A model generated the notes under the pieces. The model made no database searches. It had not been told where the DNA came from and saw only the letters and a program-made list of their open reading frames with translations. Below, one piece after another: positions 1 through 12,456 of a stretch of DNA of 64,000 bases. Origin of the DNA: Amoeboaphelidium protococcarum X5. Its lineage: Eukaryota > Fungi > Aphelidiomycota. The stretch spans positions 186,001 to 250,000 of the forward strand of contig JALDTO010000181.1 of the NCBI GenBank assembly GCA_023515725.1, given 5' to 3'. Position 1 is the stretch's first letter, and every line of letters starts with the position of its first letter. Position numbers and translations under genes: made by a program.

Positions 1-699
1 TTCACTTCCAGATCCCAGCACTTCACCTAATTGTCTTCCCCGGCACTGAACAAATACGGCGAACGTTTAGATATGCCCAGTGCACGAACAGTAGAGATGT
101 GTCCGGTGAGAGATAACTTTAAGGTACCGGATGCCAAATCCCAAATCTTGATCATTCTATCCGCAGAGCCTGTGGCAAACCATTCATTGGTGTGATCAAC
201 CGCAATGCATCGCACCCAGCCAACATGACCTCCAATGACACGCGCCAACTTCCATGGAGCATGCCACTCTGGTCTAGGTACGTCTCTACGTTGAAACTTG
301 ATTAGAGACTCTTTGGTAGGTAATTCAAAATCCTAAGTGAGAACCCCGCCATTATCGCTCAAAGCATGATCCTGCCAATCTCGATGTACATGCGTTATAG
401 AACGCTCACGGGTGTTATCCTCATTCTCATCATATTAAATGTCAAAAGTCTGGCTCTAAATAGAATCAGTGGATTACAAGGCTCGAAGTATGATGGCATC
501 GACATCTCTACACTAAATCAAATTTGGTCAATCAGTGTGAGTTTAAATCATGGCTTGTGTAAAATACTTACACGCTAAAATCTAAGGAGCTTTCATCACC
601 GTATAATACATCAGTCAATTTGGAATTCTCCTTCAGTAAATCAGTAAGATCAGCCTTATTGAGCTGCTACTCTGTTAAGTACGACTCAATATTGTCCAT
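1..699 (-). CDS. PLRG1: Pleiotropic regulator 1 / Prp46 WD40 splicing factor (5' part; continues beyond the window start)
   Basis: [28 protein letters not shown]...[28 protein letters not shown] is the PLRG1 signature. ATG at 699, GT-AG intron about 508-571, TAA/TAG read as Gln. Confidence 0.93.
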
Positions 700-1073
700 T
701 GTGCGTGTAATTGATCAGTTTTAGAATTCGATGAAAACAGAAACTAAGACGGGCAAAGTCAAGACGCGTTTTCAGATATAGAGATCTTCATTGTAATGCA
801 AGTCTAACACACTCCAAATATTTATATCAGTTTACAATTTAAGTCTGTTTAAGAAATAAGTTGTTTCTATAAATCTTTTAATATGATCATCATTATACTA
901 CTGTTTACATATTTGGGCGCTAAGACACCAAGTGTGCTATTTTTAGAACTTTTAATCACCCCATTATCTCAGGCTCTTGATTAAAAAGATATTATACTTT
1001 CAGACATGGAATTCTCCTCCAAATTTAAATTTACTCTCATTGTTAAGGAAGTCCGTTCAATCGAAGCATAAAT

Positions 1074-3619
1074 ATGGAGTTATAATAATCAGTCTAGGTG
1101 TAAGAGTTAATCATTGTTTCATATTTAACAACAACACTTAAAGATAGCAACTGTGTAGTAGTGACAACTAAAGCTAAAATGTCCTTCCTGCGGTGCAGAG
1201 GCTATCGATGCTGGTCAAAGTTATTCTTCCACAAGGACATACAACTTTAATTCAAGTTACCGAGGATAATACCGTTGAAGATTTACTTTTGATGGTGTGT
1301 TAGCGCAAAGTGTTGGTTGCAACAGATTTTGATGTGCTGATAAAATCGCCGTTATCAGATATTGAAACAATTGCCCCATTAGATTCATAGTTTATCGCTT
1401 TTGGCGTAAAAGAGATAAAGCTTCTAGATAAGAGGGGTTAAGAGACTCCAAATGGAAACTCAGACTCATAATTAAGTACGCCTATTAGTAAAGGTAGAAG
1501 GTAGTCTCAGATTCGGTTGGTGAAGCATGAAGGGGCGCGGATGGCAGCAATTGAAGTCCCTCAATCAGTGATGACGAAAGTTGATGATCAAAGCACTGAT
1601 AAGAGCGATAAGAGCAAGCGTAAATCTAATCCGCTGTAAAGCTTGGCTTAAATATTCAAGGATAAGAAATTTGGCATCAGTCTTAGTAATACTAGTGCCA
1701 GTATACTGCCGATAGTTGAGCGGCCAGATGTAGTTGTTGCTGATGTACCGGACAAGAAGCCATTCTCCCATTAAAGCTCGCGAGTATCTGACGACACACT
1801 AGAGCACGACATAGCAGAGTCTTTCACCACATCTAAACCCGGCTCCACCATTTCCGATAGTCGAAGCCACGTGCCTGCTGATAGTGTAGATGATTTCGTG
1901 GACATGTACGACGATGTCAGCTAAATGGCTCCGACATCGCCCGGACCTGTTAGTCCAGTTGTTTTCGATAGAAAGCGCGCGTAGTCGACAGGCAGGGCGT
2001 CATAAAGTACTTTGCGCAGGAGTCAGTTGCGAACTCCTTCGATTTAAAGCTAAATTTCTGACTCTGATCCTGCTGGTCAACCATAATCTCCTAATGCTGT
2101 AAGAGAGTTTATCCTTCTCCGTGTCCGTCTGGATGCCGAGTTTACAACAATCAAGTTGCCATCATCTGCCACTTTAGAAGATGTTCTGCTTAAGGCCATT
2201 GAAAGATTTACGGCCATGAAAACTGAAGAGGACAAGTTTTAGGTGGATGAATACACATTGGCGAATATCGATGGATCAAAGCTGGAGATGGATCGTTCTA
2301 TCGGTTACGTGAAGTAGCAGTACAATGTACAAGAGATCTAATTGATCAAGGCTGAAAAATGTTACAGTACCATGTGCATGTACGAGAATGGGAAGGAGGT
2401 GATGATCTTACAAAACAATAATGGTACAATGTAAGTCATGGCGGCAACGTAGGAGAAGTTGATTGAGTACGCGACTGATGATACAATGTCCACATGTGAG
2501 ACTGAATTCAGTGATATCTTACTGATGGCTTTCAGATCATTTATGAAGCCAGCGGACTTTTTTGACTGCTTGATTGCGCGATTCAATGCAGAACTTCCAC
2601 CTGATCCCACTTAAGAAGAAGTTGAATATTACAACAAGACTAAGGTAGTTTTGTAATAGAGAGTGGTTGCCATCATGTCGTGGTGGGTGAAATATCATTG
2701 GCACGACTTTGCGACTAATCCGGATTTAAAGTTGGATCTAGAAGAATTTATTGAAGCTCTGTAAACAAATGAAGCGTACGCTAATGCTGTTCATGAGTTT
2801 AGAAGGATTATTGAGGATCAGACTGACAGAGAGGAGCAGATTCAAGATTAGCGTTTGAAGATTATGAAGAGTAACAGAAAGACAATGGAGAGTATGTTTG
2901 AAGAGATTGATCCAACTGTGCTGGCTGAACAAATGTGCATTTATAATTTTCAATGGTTCTGCCACATTCATCCTATTGAATTTCTGAATTAAATATGGAG
3001 GAGGAAAGAGGATGAACCAGAAATTTGGGCTACACCCAATCTGGATTTCTTCAGTGGATGTTTCAATCGCGAGAGCTATTGGGTTGCGACAGAACTTGTT
3101 AATCAAAAGGATCTGAAGAAGCGTGTCAATATCCTGAAAAAGTTTATAGCTCTATCCAAGGCTTCTATGGAGAAGTAAAATTACTTTAGCATGTTTAATA
3201 TCTACGTCGGTCTCAATCTAGGACCAGTGTAGAGACTGAAAAAGACTTGGGATCAATTGCCAGCCAAAGTGCGATAGACTTACGATGAAGTTGAGAAGGC
3301 GTGTGATCCATCGCGTAATATGAAAGCTTACCGCGAGATGCTCTCCGCCGCCGCTCCTCCCATCATCCCGTTCATACCAATCTATCTGAAGGATTTGACT
3401 TTCATGCAGGATGGCAATGAGAAGTACTTCAAGGGTCTGTTGAACTTTGAAAAGTTGCGCATGATGGCTAATCGCGTCAAGGAAATTTAGAAGCTGACCA
3501 ATACTCCATTCACGTATGAATCGGTGCCGGCCATTTAGAATTATCTCACCAAACCACCAATCGAAATGAACCTGACCAAGCTGAAGGAAGAAAGCATCAA
3601 ATGCGAATCGAATGAATGA
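1074..3619 (+). CDS. RasGEF (REM + CDC25 domains) with N-terminal ubiquitin-like Ras-binding/RA-type domains
   Basis: Continuous code-6 frame 1208-3619 containing MAATQEKLIEY, FRSFMKP, WWVKYHWHDF, LAEQMCIY, SYWVATEL..KRVNILKKFI, DPSRNMKAYR, PIIPFIPIYLKDLTF and NFEKLRM. Probable exon 1 at 1074-1099 and 44-nt intron 1100-1143. Confidence 0.88.
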
Positions 3620-3775
3620 ATGAATGTATGAATGAGTACTATATAAATAGAGATCACTAGAATGGGGATATTTTATACAGCCCGGTTGTTTCTCGCGCAG
3701 TTTCAAATTTCTTCTTCCTTTCATCTTTAAACGCGTTATAGTCTCAGTCTGAAATTCGGTCAGTTAGTCAATACA

Positions 3776-4654
3776 ATGTCGAGCAGTTATACAGACAAGG
3801 CGGGACTTATCACTAATGCCGGTTCTATGCCGCAGTCTCAGACAGTGGTTGATATTGGTGGAAGTGGCGGTGGAAGTCCAGTTCAAGGTAAAATGACCTC
3901 TAGCGGTCAGTCACAATCAATGCCAGGTGGTGGAATGGAGTAATAACAATAACAAGATGAGAATGCATTAAGACAGATATTCAAAGCCAGCAGGTAATTT
4001 AAATAATTTACTGCGACTTACTCATCATACCTATATCGTTGTTATATATGTAGTCATCCGAGGATGTTATTTTTCCATCTGTTGTTTAGAAGTGTCGCTA
4101 TACTGTTCTATGTGTTGGCGTCGTTCATCTTTATAGACTCGTTCATCCTGGCCTTTATCACTATAACTATCCTCCTGTCATTTGACTTTTGGACCGTCAA
4201 GAATTTGAGTGGAAGATTCTTGGTAGGTCTGCGATGGTGGAATGATAGTGAGGTGTCCTCTGCAGTTGAATCTACCGGTTCGTAATAAGCACCTGGCCTG
4301 TAATAAAATGATAAGGGACGTTGGGTATTTGAGTCCAGACCTCCTAATCATCCATAGAACAAGACCGATGCGCGGGTATTCTGGTGGTCTTTGTACATTA
4401 CACAGGTGGCATGGATAGTATTTCTGATCGTGTCGATTATAAAGTTGAACTTCACCTGGTTACTGCTGGTCATGTTGGCTCTCTCACTGAATACTGCCAA
4501 CCTGGTCGGCTATAGTAGATGTGAGAAGGATAGGAAGTAGAGATATAAAAATAATAGTTTTTTCTCTGTCAACACTGGACTACTGGGTGATATGATGACG
4601 GGTGGTGGAGGCGGTGGTCAGTTTGGCATGATGGCCAAGATGTTTGGACGTTGA
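3776..4654 (+). CDS. TVP23: Golgi membrane protein TVP23/FAM18
   Basis: SHPRMLFFHLLFRS, FDFWTVKNLSGRFLVGLRWWN, WVFESR, DARVFWWSLY. Intron 3994-4053; TGA stop. Confidence 0.92.
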
Positions 4655-4850
4655 TTTGTTCGTTATTCATTAGTGAAATTTATGAATTACATATCTACCT
4701 ACCACTCTAATGAGATGTTGTTTTAATATACCGATTCAATTGATCGTTCGTATTGACATTATTGCGATTTTTGACTGAATGTTAAGGACTTGACGATGAC
4801 AAAGATCAATTATACAGTTCAAAATCTTTATTTAGTTCATCTGATTAATA

Positions 4851-5885
4851 TCATTAGGCAATATCTGATTTGAAAGCAGTTATAAGCTGAGGGAGCGATA
4901 CGATATTAGGATTCCAGTCCCAAACTTGACGTGCTCTTGTATCATCCAGCGATCGTGGCCATTTAGCAGCAATTCCATCTCTGATCTTGTCACATCCGTA
5001 ATTGATGGGTGGACAATCATTGAATAACTATAAATCTTATTAAATAGCATGCATCAACTGCTCAGGCGTAAATGATAGTCCTGTAATGTTATACACTGGA
5101 TCGTGATTCTACAGATGAGAGTGATCAGTTTCCAAAATCTTTTAAATCCCATCCAGACAATCGTCAATGTACATCATTGGGAGTTCAGAATCTTTACTAA
5201 GCGGACAATCGTAATTAACATCACGTAGCGATCTACCTGAGTAATCTCCGCCATAGCAAAAGTTAAGAATGTCGATCGCATAATCAGTGGTTCCATTTCC
5301 AGCTAGACCAACTGAAGAACCTCGTTCCATTGGAGCACTAATGATCCCAGGCAGTCGAACACTCCTAAAATCCATACCAAACTTATCTCTGTAGTAACGA
5401 CCAAGCTGCTCCATGTACACTTTGCTTATACCGTAGATAGTGTCAGGCTGCTATTGTGCCGCATCAGCCACCCGATGAGCGAGACCTTGTGCAACATCCT
5501 CAGCAGAGAACGCGTATACTCCAATGGTGGATGGGCAAAACACTCGCTGGACGCCGTGCCTGACGGAGACATCAAAAACATTCTTCACGCCATCCAGATT
5601 GAGTTTCAATGCAGAATGGATGTCAAGTTCAGCTTTGTACGACAGGAAGGCAGATAGATGTATAATCCAGTCTATCTTCTAGTCTACCACGACGCGATCC
5701 AAGTCTTGAGCATTAAGAACGTTCAAGTATGAGAAGTTTTAGAATATTCCTGATGCAGACAATGTCGGCGGTTTTCGGATATCAGTCGGCAGCACGAATT
5801 AGTATTTACTTTTCAATCGTTGTGTCAAGCCAACTCCCAGCTAACCAAGAGCACCAGTAATGAGTATGCGCGGAGACTGGACCAT
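4851..5885 (-). CDS. TDH: L-threonine 3-dehydrogenase (SDR type)
   Basis: ILITGALGQLGVGL (Q=TAG), PDTIYGISKVYMEQLGRYYRDKFGMDFRSVRLPGIIS, GTTDYA, LPMMYIDDC. The true start may lie further upstream. Confidence 0.88.
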
Positions 5886-6307
5886 TGGATGCGATGAATG
5901 TTAAAATCTTAGTACACTTTTACTACGTTATACGTGAGGAGAAAATGCGCAGTAGTTTTATGGATAGATTGCGGAGTATCAAAAAGTGTGAGAACTTGTC
6001 ATAGATTTTCGCGCGATAACTGATCATCTCTTAACTGTACTCAAATGTTTATTCGATTGAAACACGCTTTAACGTTTAATGAAATGAAATAAGTTACACG
6101 AATACCGTAGTATGTAAAAAAATTACCACAACAACTAAGAGAAGGATAGGGACGATACAACGATCTTGACGTGGATGACAGCGCCGGGACTTGTTCTAAC
6201 GATGGCACTATCGAAAACAATCTACGCACTGTATGATTTCATATAAAGGAAATTTATAACTCAATTACAAATATTTTATTTATTTACAGCAAATATCCCA
6301 GTTGAAA

Positions 6308-7311
6308 TCAGAACGTTTTTTGTTGAGCGTCATACTGCTTGCCTTCACCTACGCGACTTTCTACATACTCAATAGCACCTAGAGACATCTACCACGGACG
6401 TAGGAATGATCTTAGAACAGAATAAGCTTCATTTGCAGAATTTTAACTGATAAATCTTGGCTCAGGCTGAGACATTAGCGGTTCAGGATTGATCATTGCA
6501 CGCCAAATACGACGATTGTGTACATCAACGCGATTAAACAATGCATCCAAGTGACCTTGAACCAGCTGAATCTTCTCCCTCATTACATCTTCATTCAGAT
6601 TCTCAGGCAAATGTCGACGCAGATCTGGAGACACAACAGCGATATCAGAGCCAATTTACAGCGATTTCTGCAATGTGCTCAGAGTGCGAAACTTGATCAA
6701 TGCCAATGCGAGAACCATCTCAATCTGGGCGTATTTATGAACAAATTCACTGGGCAATTCATCCACAAAGTTATGCTCCTTATAATGCAGATAAGGAAGC
6801 TCCATATTGCCCCAATCGTAGTGATCATCTGAGTAGCACATATACCACTTGATAAAGTCATAGCACTTCTACTCCTTGCCAAGCATCAGAAAGATGGCAG
6901 GCAGTATTTGACGTGCACCAATGTTATCACTACGACACAGTCTCAGCATCTCCATGAAATACTCCTCAGCCTTCTTCAAAGCATCAGCAGTGCCGATACC
7001 TTCCAGGAAATGCATAGCGACTTGATGTTTAGCCCGCATGAACGGAAGCGTCTCCATAAAGCCCCAGAATTTTCCAATAAACTACTCATCCCAATAATTG
7101 CATGGAGTTCCAAGAAAGTCATCGCTATGACACAGCTTCCTTCTTTAGCAGGCGCGTCAGCTAATTACAGTTTGCGCAATGCTCCGACTCCTAGTCTTTG
7201 CTTCTGGTGCTCTACGCCACAGTAAAATACTAGCTTACACTTGCCACGTGTACGCAACGTTGGCTTTATGGTCTTACAAACATTACATTAACGTGTCAAA
7301 TGAGTGTTCAT
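6308..7311 (-). pseudogene. MYND zinc-finger protein (fungal LRLCRSDN family) with a disrupted N-terminus
   Basis: CNVC..GKCKLVFYCGVEHQK MYND remnant (one Cys replaced by Arg; frameshifts at about 7200 and 7130). An intact frame follows: FWGFMET..MLRLCRSDNIGAR..KCYDFIKWY..YDWGNMELPYL, ending at TGA 6308. Confidence 0.7.
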
Positions 7312-7525
7312 CTTTGCGAAGATTGCGATTCTAGAGGATGCCTATACTCTGTGCAAAGTGAAATAGCGTTGAAAAGAAAATGAAACAGGCCGCGCCGCTT
7401 TCAACTTAACGCCCATGTCTAACGCATCACTGTTGAGAACTACGCTACAAAGATGTAAAGAATCACGTAATATACATCATTCTTTATATCATTTCAATCT
7501 TTTACGCACTAAAAACCAATTATAT

Positions 7526-8437
7526 TCAAAACTACTAAATCTCTGCATCATACTGTGTATCTTTCCCCAGACGAGTTTCAAGATACTCAATGGCACCTTC
7601 TGTCCACTCCCACGGGCGAAGAAACGATTTCACTATGGCGTAGGCTTCATTCGCGGTATTCTAAACTATCATCTCTGGCTCTTATTAATTTATCGGTCGT
7701 CCTGGTTCTAGAATTGCGCGCCAAATACGACGATTATGCATGTCAATACGCTCAAACAGTATGTCAAAGTGCTTTTGTACAAGTTGAACCTTCTCTGTTA
7801 GCACCTTATTCAAATCTACAGTACAGGCAAGCGACGCAATGCAACTTGAGGTAAACAAGATAAATTACATCCAAAATTATACTGCTCATAAATTAAGAAT
7901 GGAAGATCCGTATTACCCTAGTCGTATCCATTAACTGGATAACACTGATACCACTTTATAAAATCGTAACACTCCTGCTCTTTGCCAAGCGTAAGATAGA
8001 CAGCCGACAACTTCGAACGGACTCCGACATTGTCACTTCTGAAAAGACGTAGCATCTCCAGAAAATACTCTTCCATCTTCAAAAAGGCGTACACAACGCA
8101 TCTTTTCCATGAAATGAATGGCCACATTGTACTTGGCGCACATGAAATTACGGGTCTCTGTTATATATTTCAAAACTTTCCAGCATACTACGCATCCCAG
8201 AAATTCAAAACTTTACCTGGCCACACTTCCATATGTCGCAACTTATTAGCTTCTACTATACTGCTTCTTTCTTCAGTAGACGCTTCATTTTATTGCAATC
8301 AGCACAATAACCCCGCTCAATGGCGTTTTATTCACACTCAGAATTGCAGAAAACATCAATTTGCATTTTTCACAAGCATACATAGGTACCTCATAAACAT
8401 TGCAGAAATGACAATGTCAATTTAAAGAGATATTCAT
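7526..8437 (-). pseudogene. Tandem paralog of the MYND protein, heavily decayed
   Basis: MNISLN*HCHFC (TGA at codon 7), CEKCKLMF then frameshifts; MLRLFRSDNVGVR..ECYDFIKWY. The C-terminus FLRPWEWTEGAIEYLETR matches FLRPWQMSLGAIEYVESR of the neighbouring copy. Confidence 0.75.
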
Positions 8438-8829
8438 ATCTGAAATGGGAGTAGTGGGTGACAATTGACTTATAACGATGCTGAAACAATATCAACAATG
8501 ACACTGAAAGGGAACGGAACGGAACGAGAGAGGGCGACGACACTTTTGAAACAGATCTGAACACTCTCAATGAAGATTGCAGTTAACGCACGCTAAGAAA
8601 CTGTAAAAGTCACTTGTGCAGAAATTCAAATCCCTTCATTGTAGCCAAATTGGTAATGAGCAAGTAAATGAGAAAATAGAAAGTCAGTTTTGAGTAAACA
8701 CAATGTGAGCAATAAGTAATTCATCGACTTTACAAACCCCGCTCTCATGGATCATGCATCGGTATCACAAATCACCCAGTGACACAAAGTATGTACTAAA
8801 AAAATCCACAGAACTCAAAGCTTAGATAG

Positions 8830-10222
8830 TCATGCGGAAGCCAACAACTTATCACTGGTGATCTTCTTGGCCAGCTTGTTATGAATCAAATCGATAAACT
8901 CAAAAGTCTCAACATAATCAGATTCCTTCATCTTGGCACCATGAATAGCCAAAGCCAAATCTTTAGTCATCTTACGGTCCTTGCCGATTAATTCCACACA
9001 AGACTCTTCCAGCAAATCGCACCACTTCTCCAGTCTTGCGGCTTCAGCACCGTCAGTCTCTGCATCCAACTTGGCACGATGCATCAAGCCACGGGTCCAT
9101 GCAAATATTGACGCGACAGAATTAGTGCTCGTCTTGCCTCCCTTCTACCACACTCTGTAGTGACGCGTCACTGTGCCGTGTGCAGCTTCACTTTCAACAG
9201 TCTTTCCATCTGGTGACATTAGAACGGAAGTCATCAAGCCCAGAGAACCATATCCTTGCGCAACGGTATCAGACTGAACATCGCCGTCATAATTCTTACA
9301 TGCCCAAACGTATCCACCATCAGACTTGATACAATACGCAACCATGTCATCGATGAGACGATGCTCATACCACAATTTACGGGATTCAAACTCCTTCTTG
9401 TACTGAGTGTCATACAGACGCTAGAAAGTATCCTTGAAGAGACCATCATAAGTTTTCAAAATGGTGTTCTTTGTGCTCAAGTACAGAGGCATATTCTTCT
9501 ACAAGGCCATCTTGAATGAAGCATGGGCGAATCCTTCAATAGATGGCAGACTGTTGTACATGGACATGGCAACACCAGGTTCCGTAAACTTGTAAACAGT
9601 TTCCTCCTTGACCGAACCATCTTTATCAGATGTGAATACCAACTTGAGAGTTCCAGGCTCATTCACACGCATCTCAGTGGCACGATACTAGTCACCAAAT
9701 GCGTGTCTTCCAATCACAATAGGCTTATTCCATTGAGGAACCAGGCGCGGAATACCATCAATCAGAATAGGCTCTCTGAACACTGTACCATTCAAAATAT
9801 TACGAATAGTACCATTAGGACTCTTCCACATCTTCTTCAACTTGAATTCCTCAACTCTGGCTTCGTCAGGCGTGATGGTTGCACATTTGATTCCAACATT
9901 GCATTTTCTGATAGCCTCTGCAGCATCCACAGTAACCTTGTCATCAGTGGCATCTCTATGCTCCATGCCAAGATCAAAGTACAATAATCCATCGTTCTTC
10001 TCATTGCCAAACTACAGAAATGGAAGCACAAGCTTGTCCTTGATAGCCTTCCAAATGACCCTTGTCATCTCATCGCCATCCATCTCCACCACCGGATTAC
10101 GAACTTGTATTTTCTTAACTACATACAGTAAATATCGAAATTATATCATTCATGCTGAAGTATAATTAAAGAACAATATATTCAAGGTAAATCTTACAAT
10201 TTTTGAGCATCTCTTCAGTCAT
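8830..10222 (-). CDS. IDH1: NADP-dependent isocitrate dehydrogenase
   Basis: [45 protein letters not shown] (Q=TAG), [22 protein letters not shown]. One intron near the 5' end (about 10119-10197). Confidence 0.97.
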
Positions 10223-11015
10223 TTCTTATGTGATGGTGATAAAACTATCAAATTTTAAAATCGCTTCAAAATTATGAAAATTGTTACAGAGCGTTGGTTG
10301 AATCGAGTGAAGAAATAAATAATAGTAACACTCCTTAGAACGAATGAACGAGTGAGTGAGAATACTCTATAAGAGCCTGGCATTGAACGCAAAGGCGGGC
10401 GGTAGAGGAACGCGCGTGTATTGGTTGGCTCACGTCTGGTCTGTTTCACCCCGCTGAGAGTATTCCGCGCCTTCTACTGTTCTCATAATGGAAGGTTATT
10501 TCGAAATGACCCTTTCCTATACACATTCAGAGCCTTTACATCGAAACTAAAGATTAAAACAAAAGAACAGAATTGTGCGTCAAAGAGAGATTCAAAGCTA
10601 GCTTATGAGATAAAGTTATGGAGAGTGAGTGCGCTAGACCAAACAGTTCAGAGATAATGACGTGATCGAAATTTATGAAAAGCCTCCTCTGAACATAGAG
10701 TGCGCGTACGCGATGAAAAATGGAAAAGTGGCTGGCCGACTAACACTAGCAATAAAAGCTTATCGCGATTGAGAGATTGCCGAAAGTCAACCGACGCGCG
10801 CTCAAATTTGAAAAAATCAACAAAAGCCTCCTCCGTCAGATGCAATGGCGCGCCAATGCAAAAGAGAGGGAAACAGAGAGAGAGAGAGCGATAAAATTTG
10901 AAAGAAAGCCTCCCGCCACGCGCTCTCATTTTCTTCTTCTCTTTAAGAGCTCAACACGACTCACATTTAAAAACTTATGCCTGCTGCCGTATAGCAATAA
11001 TAGTAGAATCTGCCA

Positions 11016-12281
11016 ATGACCCAAGAGAATAACGACACGTTCTTGTTCACTTCTGAATCTGTCGGTGAGGGCCATCCAGGTAATATACATATTGTTTTTA
11101 GCTTTTTCGTTGCTCACCATCTCATTATTAAATACTCTCGCGTATGAATGAATGTAGATAAGATCTGTGACCAGGTGTCTGACGCCATTTTGGATGCTTG
11201 CCTGAAGCAGGATCCTCTCTCCAAGGTTGCTTGTGAAACCTGTACCAAGACTGGTATGGTCATGGTCCTCGGTGAAATTACCACCAAGGCATCTCTGGAC
11301 TACCAGAAGATCATCCGTGGTGTGATCAGAGACATTGGTTATGACAACTCTGACAAGGGATTCGATTACAAGACCTGTAATGTGCTGGTGGCCATTGAGC
11401 AGCAGTCTCCTGACATTGCTCAAGGTCTGGTGCAAACCTCTACTGCAGTTGAGGATATTGGTGCCGGTGATCAGGGTATCATGTTTGGTTATGCCACTGA
11501 TGAGACTCCTGAGCTTATGCCTGCCACCGTCACCATGGCTCACCGTCTGAACCAGAAGATGACTGAGCTGCGTAAGAATGGCACTCTTGGCTGGCTGCGT
11601 CCTGATAGTAAGACTCAGGTCACCATTGAGTACCGTAATGAGAATGGTGCCATGGTCCCTCTGCGTGTCCACACCGTTGTCATCTCTACTCAGCACGCTC
11701 CAGAGATTGACAATGACTCCATGAAGAAGGCTCTGAAGGAGTAGGTGATCAAGGCTGTTGTGCCTGCCAACATGCTGGATGAGCGCACCATCTATCACTT
11801 GCAGCCTTCCGGAAGATTTGTTATTGGTGGTCCTCAGGGTGATGCTGGTCTGACTGGTCGTAAGATCATTGTTGACACGTACGGTGGTTGGGGCTGTCAC
11901 GGTGGTGGAGCTTTCAGTGGAAAGGATTTCAGTAAGGTGGATCGTTCTGCTGCATACGCTGCCCGCTGGGTTGCCAAGTCACTGGTGAGTGCCAAGTTGG
12001 CTCGCCGTTGTCTGGTGCAGCTGAGTTATGCCATCGGTGTCTCTCACCCACTGAGTATTTTTGTCGATACCTATGGCACTTCTGCCACCAACCCAAAGAC
12101 TGGAAAGACTTACACCAATGGTGAGCTATTGCAGATTATCTAAAACAATTTTGATTTGCGTCCTGGTTTCATCGTTCGTGATCTGGACTTGACTAAGCCT
12201 GTCTATTAGAAGACTGCCAGCTATGGTCATTTTGGTAGAACCGATTTTACTTGGGAACAGCCAAAGCCATTGAAGCTGTGA
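11016..12281 (+). CDS. MAT: S-adenosylmethionine synthetase
   Basis: [13 protein letters not shown]|[52 protein letters not shown]. Intron about 11080-11157; LKE(TAG=Q)VIK. Confidence 0.98.
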
Positions 12282-12456
12282 GTCTCTGGACTTGATGTCG
12301 CCTTAATATTTATTGATCAACTGACATTTGAACGTATAATACAGTACGTCTCTCATTTATTACTCTCTCCTTTTGTTACACTTTTGACTATCCTTCTACT
12401 ATAAAATTATAATCAAGAGAGTTAAAATCATAAAAAAATAGATACGAATTGAAAGT

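Noticed and set aside
6012-6023. 12-mer CGCGATAACTGA repeated at 62353-62364
   Set aside because: Only two copies; cannot be separated from chance without genome-wide counts.
10926-11900. 324-aa minus-strand ORF in the track
   Set aside because: Antisense shadow of SAM synthetase, with no motifs of its own.
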